NCBI GenBank assembly: GCA_030614005.1 | Contig: JAUWKS010000009.1 | Location: 1-32,000, forward strand | DNA from: Candidatus Heimdallarchaeota archaeon | GTDB taxonomy: Archaea; Asgardarchaeota; Heimdallarchaeia; JABLTI01 | DNA length: 32,000 bases | Direction of reading: 5' to 3' | Shown: positions 26,640 to 32,000 of the stretch, piece by piece | Layout of the letters: every line of letters begins with the position of its first letter | How positions within the stretch are numbered: the first letter of the stretch is position 1 | Program-made: the position numbers and the translations under genes | The notes under the pieces: generated by a model | Databases searched by the model: none | Seen by the model: only the letters and a program-made list of their open reading frames with translations | What the model was told of the DNA's origin: nothing

Positions 26640-27725
26640 ATGAAAAAAGTTATACAAATTTGGCCTTCATTTTTGAATAAAATAGAAACAAGCAATGTTG
26701 AAGAAACATATTTCTTTGATTTTAGTGATAATAAAGATGAAACTTGTGCACTTCAAATAAATAAAGGAACATGTCAATTCATAGATGGTGTGCCTGAAAA
26801 TTATACTATTAAGATTACAGTAGAAACTAATGATTGGATTTCAATCTTATCGAAGGAACAATTGATTGAAGATGTTATTGCTCAAGGGAAACTAGCTATC
26901 GAAGGTGATGATAGGAAACTAACTAAATTTGAAAAATATTTTTCCGGTGATCCCGACGGTCTTCATTTCAAATCTAGTAATTATGTAATGACTGAGAATG
27001 AGAAAGAACAGCAAGAAGGAAAATGGACTAAACCTCGTAAAATCTTAGGTCTAATTGGTTCTCCTAGAAAAGATCGAGGAGTAACATCATTAATTTATTC
27101 ATTTCTCAAGCAAGGGTTGGATGACTGTGATTGTGAAATTGATACCATCTATTTAGCTGATTTAGAGAATAAGACCTGTAAGGGATGTTTTACTTGTTGG
27201 AATGGAAAAGAGAAGAAATGTGTATATAGTGATGATGTTAATGATTTAATTCTTAAAATACCCACATATGACTTGATGATACTAGCAGCACCTGTTTATA
27301 TTGATGGCCTTCCTGGTGCTCTCAAAAATTTCATCGATAGAATGCTCTGTTTAATAGCTCCTGAATTTATCATAAAAGATGATCATTGTAGACACCCAAG
27401 TAGATATCCAAAAATGCCTCATCTTCTCCTTTTATCCACCTGTGGATTTACAGAATTTGATAATTTCTCTCCAATGATCGAACATGTGGAAGAAATTTGC
27501 AAAAACATTCATTTTTCCTACATCGGAGAAATACTTCCACCAACTGCTTGGTTAGCGACGATACCAAACCTACAACCTTTGTACTTGCCTGTGATTGAAG
27601 CGATAAAACAAGCTGGCAAAGATATTTTCAATTCAGGTAAAATATCAGAGAAACTCTACGAGAAAATTACTAAACCTATTCTTTCACGGGGGCAGATTTT
27701 TTCGATTTACAATCGTGTTGAATAG
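26640..27725 (+). CDS. SCP2 (sterol-carrier-like) domain fused to an iron-sulfur flavoprotein / NADPH-dependent FMN reductase domain
   Basis: N-terminal SCP2-like LQINKGTCQFIDG...TIKITVETNDWISIL...GKLAIEGD; then GLIGSPRK, CKGCFTCW...C, AAPVYIDGLPGALKNFIDR and STCGF. Confidence 0.85.
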   Translation: MKKVIQIWPSFLNKIETSNVEETYFFDFSDNKDETCALQINKGTCQFIDGVPENYTIKITVETNDWISILSKEQLIEDVIAQGKLAIEGDDRKLTKFEKYFSGDPDGLHFKSSNYVMTENEKEQQEGKWTKPRKILGLIGSPRKDRGVTSLIYSFLKQGLDDCDCEIDTIYLADLENKTCKGCFTCWNGKEKKCVYSDDVNDLILKIPTYDLMILAAPVYIDGLPGALKNFIDRMLCLIAPEFIIKDDHCRHPSRYPKMPHLLLLSTCGFTEFDNFSPMIEHVEEICKNIHFSYIGEILPPTAWLATIPNLQPLYLPVIEAIKQAGKDIFNSGKISEKLYEKITKPILSRGQIFSIYNRVE

Positions 27726-27739
27726 ATTGTATCGAAGAT

Positions 27740-28639
27740 CTAAATCTTCTTAACAAAATGTTCTAGTTTCTTTAACCAAAAATCAGAATTCTTACTTTTT
27801 CTTTCATTTATCATGTACCAGTGTGTAAGAGATGAAATTGCAAATCCTTTCCAAGCATTTACTTCTCGTTGTAAATGTAGAGGGGGGTGCACCTTCGAAT
27901 ATTCTTGAGCATATGCTAAGTCATAATAAATTGAACCTTTGGTTGCAAATTCCCAATCAATAATGGCATATTTTGGTTCTTGTTCTTTGGTAGTAGGATA
28001 GATTTGGAGAATATTGCCTTCATGAAAATCTCCATGAATTAAGTGAGTAATTGTTAATTTTGTCTTGTTTTGCTGCTCTAAGAACTCAGTAATCAGTTGT
28101 AAATACATTATCCACTTTTCCTCATTTTCTTGTTCTTTGTTTAGAGGTTGTGTTAATTTTTTGACTACATCTTGCTCAAATGAAAATTTAGTTGGAAAAT
28201 GTTTTCCTGCTCTTTTCATAAGATCAATTAAATCAGTTACTAACTGAAAATCTAGATAAGGTTCCATACTTGCAAATGCTTGCCCATGAATCCAAGATAA
28301 TGCTCGAATAGAATAACCTGCTTCTATAGTAGGCCACTCGTCAACAATATCTGGAACAATGATTGATTGTTCATCTAAAAGCACGTGTTTCACTTCTTTT
28401 GCGATTGCTTCTAGAGCTGCACCCTCTCGTTCGAAACGATTTTGATAATAGTCATTGTTCGGATAAATGCGAAATATTACTTTTTGCCCCTTATAGTTGC
28501 CAGTAAATTTCTGGATTGATTCACCTAATATCAAAGGATGCAAATTAGTTGCATTTGTAATGTCTTCCAATTGATTGATAGTCAAATTCATTTTCTTGTT
28601 AGACCCCTTGATACAAAATACGTTATCTATTGTTTGCAT
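27740..28639 (-). CDS. Aminoglycoside phosphotransferase / choline kinase-like protein
   Basis: Brenner motif LIHGDFHEGNIL, IIDWEFA, and FEREGAAL (helix C Glu). The start may be the internal MNLTINQ. Confidence 0.8.
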   Translation of the reverse strand: MQTIDNVFCIKGSNKKMNLTINQLEDITNATNLHPLILGESIQKFTGNYKGQKVIFRIYPNNDYYQNRFEREGAALEAIAKEVKHVLLDEQSIIVPDIVDEWPTIEAGYSIRALSWIHGQAFASMEPYLDFQLVTDLIDLMKRAGKHFPTKFSFEQDVVKKLTQPLNKEQENEEKWIMYLQLITEFLEQQNKTKLTITHLIHGDFHEGNILQIYPTTKEQEPKYAIIDWEFATKGSIYYDLAYAQEYSKVHPPLHLQREVNAWKGFAISSLTHWYMINERKSKNSDFWLKKLEHFVKKI

Positions 28640-28742
28640 CTATTACCATTTTGATGTCTAATTGATATTATTGATGTTAAAGAAAAAGATTTAGTCTATT
28701 TATACTAGATAATATGTGATAAAACATTTCGAGAGATGACTT

Positions 28743-30908
28743 ATGGTTTCAAAAACTGCTTCTATTAAACCAACGATTACCGATATGATTTCATTAGAAT
28801 TTGTTTCACATGCAAAAATCTCTCCATCTGGAGATAAAATAGCCTATTGTATTAGAAATACTAATTGGAAAAGGGATGCATATGAGAGTGAATGTTTTAT
28901 CTTTGATATTGAGAAAAATAAAACCTTTCAATTAACTAGATATGGTAAAGTAAATGAGATCGCTTGGATGAACAATGAATCTCTTGCAGTATTAAAAGTA
29001 GACCCCGAAATGAAAGAAAATGCTAATCAAATTTTTGTTTTTGAAGACCTTATTGGTGAGCCCATCAAAATAACCGATCATAAAAACGACATTCAAAACT
29101 TCAAGATATTTGGTGAAGGAATAGTTTTTCTATCAAAAGCTGTTGAAGGCGTAAAAAAGAACGAACGCAAGAATAAGTTTGGTTCTTTCATTCATTTTGA
29201 GCAAGAACGTAGTACTAGTGCTCTTTATTATGTTGATTATAATAAAATGAAGAATTATCTCGCTGAAAAGAAAAAAAAGAATGGAAATAATTCTAAGATA
29301 CCAATTAAACCCGTGATAGAAATTACTAAATTATTGAAAGAGCCGTTATCAATTTTGAGTTACATTGTTTCTCCACAAGATGATGCAATTTATCTAAATT
29401 GCCAATCTCGAGATGATAGAGTATACGAACAAGACTCAAGTAATTATCAAATTAGAATAAATCCCAATGAGGCATTAAATACCTATCTCCAAAAACAATC
29501 ATCTGATAAAAAGGAAACTAAGAATAATAATAACAAAGACGTCAAAGATGATGATGTGTCTTATCTTGGTGCTCTAACTAAAATAGCATTTCCAATTGTG
29601 ACTTCTATTGTCAATATTTCTCCGGATGGAAAGAAACTTCTCATAGCAAGAAGAGAACGTGATAATTTCTACTTCACACAAAGTGATTTGTGGATATTAG
29701 ATGTAGATGAATGGCAGTCCCTTCTTGCAAAGGAAGAAATTATTGACAAATTAGTGAAAATTACAAGCAGTTTAGATAGAACTGCTATGAGTACACATTG
29801 GGTGAAAGAAGGTATATTCTGTTCTCATGTTGATGGAACAAAAACAGCTATCTCCCACATTTCTGAATCTGGGAAAATTACTACATTAGATTTAGGTGGG
29901 AATTCCACTTCGCTTTTCAATACTTTTGACATTTCTGAGAGTGGTCGTTTATGTTTATTAATTTACAACTCTTCAAAAATGGAAGAGCTCTATATTTCTC
30001 AAAATCCCCTTACACTAAGTGAATTAGAACTCATACAAATAACCAATATTGGCAAACAAGTTCAAAATTGGCAATTTGGTACCGTTGAAACTATAAGATG
30101 GCCTAGTAAAGATGGGGCTGAGATTGAAGGCGTACTTAGAAAACCTGAAGGTTTCAATCCAAAGAAAAAATATCCATTAGTTTTCATCATTCATGGTGGA
30201 CCAGCAAGTTTTGATGCTGAAAATATCTTGCCACGAAATGATCTCTATTATTATCCTGGTATTCAATTTAGCAATTTAGATATGCTTGTTTTGAAAGTAA
30301 ATTACAGGGGATCCATTGGAAGAGGACAAGCATTTCTTGAGTTAAATAAAGATAATCTTGGAATTGGAGATATGTGGGATATAGAAAGTGCCATAGATTA
30401 TCTTGATCAACAAGGGTTTGTTGATACTACTAAAATAGGTTGCATGGGATGGAGTCAAGGTGGATACATCTCTGCTTTTGTTGGCATTCATTCAAAACGC
30501 TTCAAAGCAGTCTCTGTTGGTGCAGGTATAGCGGATTGGTACACTTATCATATTAGCAATGATATCCCCCAATTCACTACTCATTATCTTTCTGGCAGTC
30601 CGTTCAGAAACAGAGAATTATATGAGAAAACAGCTCCAATAAGCAATATCAAAAATGCCAAAACACCTACGTTAATTCAACACGGAGAAATAGACCAAAG
30701 AGTACCACTATCAAATGCAAAAGAGCTCTATCGTGGTTTAAAGGAGATGAATGTACCAGTTGAATTGTTCATTTATCCAGGAATGGGGCATCCAATACAC
30801 AAACCAAAAGCAAATCGCTCTGTTATGTATCAAAATTTGAATTGGTTCAGTCATTACTTGTTAGGTGAAGACTTGAATCTATTTGATGAGAAGAAAATGG
30901 AAAAATGA
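28743..30908 (+). CDS. S9-family (acylaminoacyl/dipeptidyl) serine peptidase
   Basis: ISPSGDKIAY propeller start; YPLVFIIHGGP; VNYRGSIGRG; nucleophile GWSQGG; HGEIDQRVP (Asp); YPGMGH (His). Confidence 0.92.
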   Translation: MVSKTASIKPTITDMISLEFVSHAKISPSGDKIAYCIRNTNWKRDAYESECFIFDIEKNKTFQLTRYGKVNEIAWMNNESLAVLKVDPEMKENANQIFVFEDLIGEPIKITDHKNDIQNFKIFGEGIVFLSKAVEGVKKNERKNKFGSFIHFEQERSTSALYYVDYNKMKNYLAEKKKKNGNNSKIPIKPVIEITKLLKEPLSILSYIVSPQDDAIYLNCQSRDDRVYEQDSSNYQIRINPNEALNTYLQKQSSDKKETKNNNNKDVKDDDVSYLGALTKIAFPIVTSIVNISPDGKKLLIARRERDNFYFTQSDLWILDVDEWQSLLAKEEIIDKLVKITSSLDRTAMSTHWVKEGIFCSHVDGTKTAISHISESGKITTLDLGGNSTSLFNTFDISESGRLCLLIYNSSKMEELYISQNPLTLSELELIQITNIGKQVQNWQFGTVETIRWPSKDGAEIEGVLRKPEGFNPKKKYPLVFIIHGGPASFDAENILPRNDLYYYPGIQFSNLDMLVLKVNYRGSIGRGQAFLELNKDNLGIGDMWDIESAIDYLDQQGFVDTTKIGCMGWSQGGYISAFVGIHSKRFKAVSVGAGIADWYTYHISNDIPQFTTHYLSGSPFRNRELYEKTAPISNIKNAKTPTLIQHGEIDQRVPLSNAKELYRGLKEMNVPVELFIYPGMGHPIHKPKANRSVMYQNLNWFSHYLLGEDLNLFDEKKMEK

Positions 30909-31044
30909 GTTCCTTTTCTTTCTATTGTTTATCATCATTATCTACTATTTTCTTCTATGTACTACTATTTTCTCTCTATACCCAACACATAATATTGATT
31001 CTAAATGCATATGGAAGTAGATTGAAACTGACTGTTGAATTGTT

Positions 31045-31905
31045 ATGGTGTCAAAAACCAGTGATATATCAGAATCAACTTCTATAGCAATAAAAATTGC
31101 TAATGAACTAATTAATAGTTCAGAAATCACTCAAGATGAAATATTTGAAGAAAACGAAGTAAAAATGGAAGTAGTGAATTTATCACATTGGTATGGTGAT
31201 AATCAAGTTTTATCTGGTATATCTATGCCTATCTTCAAGAACAAAGTTACAGCTATTATTGGTCCTTCTGGTTGTGGAAAATCAACCTTTCTTCGCGATT
31301 TGAATCGGATGAATGATTTGGTGTCTATCTCTAGAACATCAGGTGATATTCTATTAGGAAACAAAAACATCCATGACAGTGATGTAGACGTAGTTCAATT
31401 GAGAAAACGAATTGGTATGGTCTTTCAGAAACCAAATCCTTTTCCTATGCCAATAGAAAATAACATAGCTTATGGACCTTATATCCATGGGGTAAAATCA
31501 GACCGTATTCCTGCAATTGTGAAAAGTTGTTTGCAAAAAGCAGTTCTGTGGGATGAAGTCAAAGATCGATTAAAAGACAATGCTCTTTCTCTCTCCGGTG
31601 GGCAACAACAGAGGTTATGTATTGCACGAACTTTATCCGTTCAACCTGAAGTAATTTTGTTTGATGAACCTTGTAGCTCTCTTGACCCGCACGCTACCGC
31701 TAAGATTGAGGACTTGATTACAAAATTGAAACAAGATTATACAGTAGTGATAGTTACTCACAATATGCAACAAGCAGCTCGAGTGTCTGATTATACTGCA
31801 TTCTTCAACTTAGGCGATCTTGTAGAATTTAATAGTACTAAAACAATATTCAGATCTCCGGAGCAAAAAAAGACAGAGGAGTATATTTCCGGTCGATTTG
31901 GTTAA
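31045..31905 (+). CDS. pstB: Phosphate ABC transporter ATP-binding protein PstB
   Basis: [60 protein letters not shown] and YISGRFG. The start may be the internal MEVVNL. Confidence 0.95.
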   Translation: MVSKTSDISESTSIAIKIANELINSSEITQDEIFEENEVKMEVVNLSHWYGDNQVLSGISMPIFKNKVTAIIGPSGCGKSTFLRDLNRMNDLVSISRTSGDILLGNKNIHDSDVDVVQLRKRIGMVFQKPNPFPMPIENNIAYGPYIHGVKSDRIPAIVKSCLQKAVLWDEVKDRLKDNALSLSGGQQQRLCIARTLSVQPEVILFDEPCSSLDPHATAKIEDLITKLKQDYTVVIVTHNMQQAARVSDYTAFFNLGDLVEFNSTKTIFRSPEQKKTEEYISGRFG

Positions 31906-31930
31906 CTCGCTTCTATTGGTGATTAGTGCA

Positions 31931-32000
31931 TTGAATGAAAATAATGAACAGTTTGATGAAATTTTACGCTCCAAAGAGTTAATGAGCAAATATGTGAATA
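31931..32000 (+). CDS. Probable start of the next CDS, truncated by the window edge
   Basis: TTG at 31931 preceded by GGTGA; the frame (LNENNEQFDEILRSKELMSKYVN) is open to the edge. The product cannot be assigned. Confidence 0.35.
   Translation, partial: MNENNEQFDEILRSKELMSKYVN

Noticed and set aside
230-31130. Short ORF-track entries overlapping long genes (e.g. 230-442, 2317-2754, 4175-4429, 5311-5640, 7143-7511, 14490-14813, 16369-16746, 19067-19396, 23668-24048, 21604-21804, 25045-25236, 30905-31087)
   Set aside because: They are antisense or alternate-frame shadows of well-supported CDSs, or low-complexity frames with no family motif.
1-32000. CRISPR arrays, transposases, integrases, prophage or defence genes, rRNA
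   Set aside because: No regularly spaced repeats or diagnostic motifs were seen by eye. The only tandem-type repeat is the protein-level STGSI repeat.

Overview
AT-rich archaeal chromosomal window, most consistent with an Asgard archaeon, possibly Heimdallarchaeia. This placement is an inference from membrane-bound LonB, NreA with a PIP box, short-type PurA, a BHB-intron tRNA, many zinc-ribbon and C-terminally anchored surface proteins, and a Sec23/24-like vWA protein. Housekeeping genes: lonB, amrS, purA, rtcB, nreA, pstB, tRNA-Arg(UCU). Transport and accessory genes: APC permease, family 5 solute-binding protein, MFS transporter, methyltransferase, M6-like metalloprotease, SCP2-flavoprotein fusion, APH-like kinase, S9 peptidase. 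The most notable elements are (1) a protein with the Sec23/Sec24 order of Zn finger, vWA trunk, beta-sandwich and helical domains that keeps an intact MIDAS, (2) a p24/GOLD-like type I membrane protein, and (3) a zinc-ribbon/Pro-rich/scramblase(Tubby)-like protein. Features missing from the ORF track: a zupT gene split by a 4-bp tandem duplication, a GNAT pseudogene after the tRNA, the intron-containing tRNA-Arg with an unusual A1:U72 pair, two small ORFs, and recurrent hairpin+T-tract elements. No CRISPR array, transposase, integrase or rRNA was seen. All family assignments come from motif recognition by eye, not from database searches.
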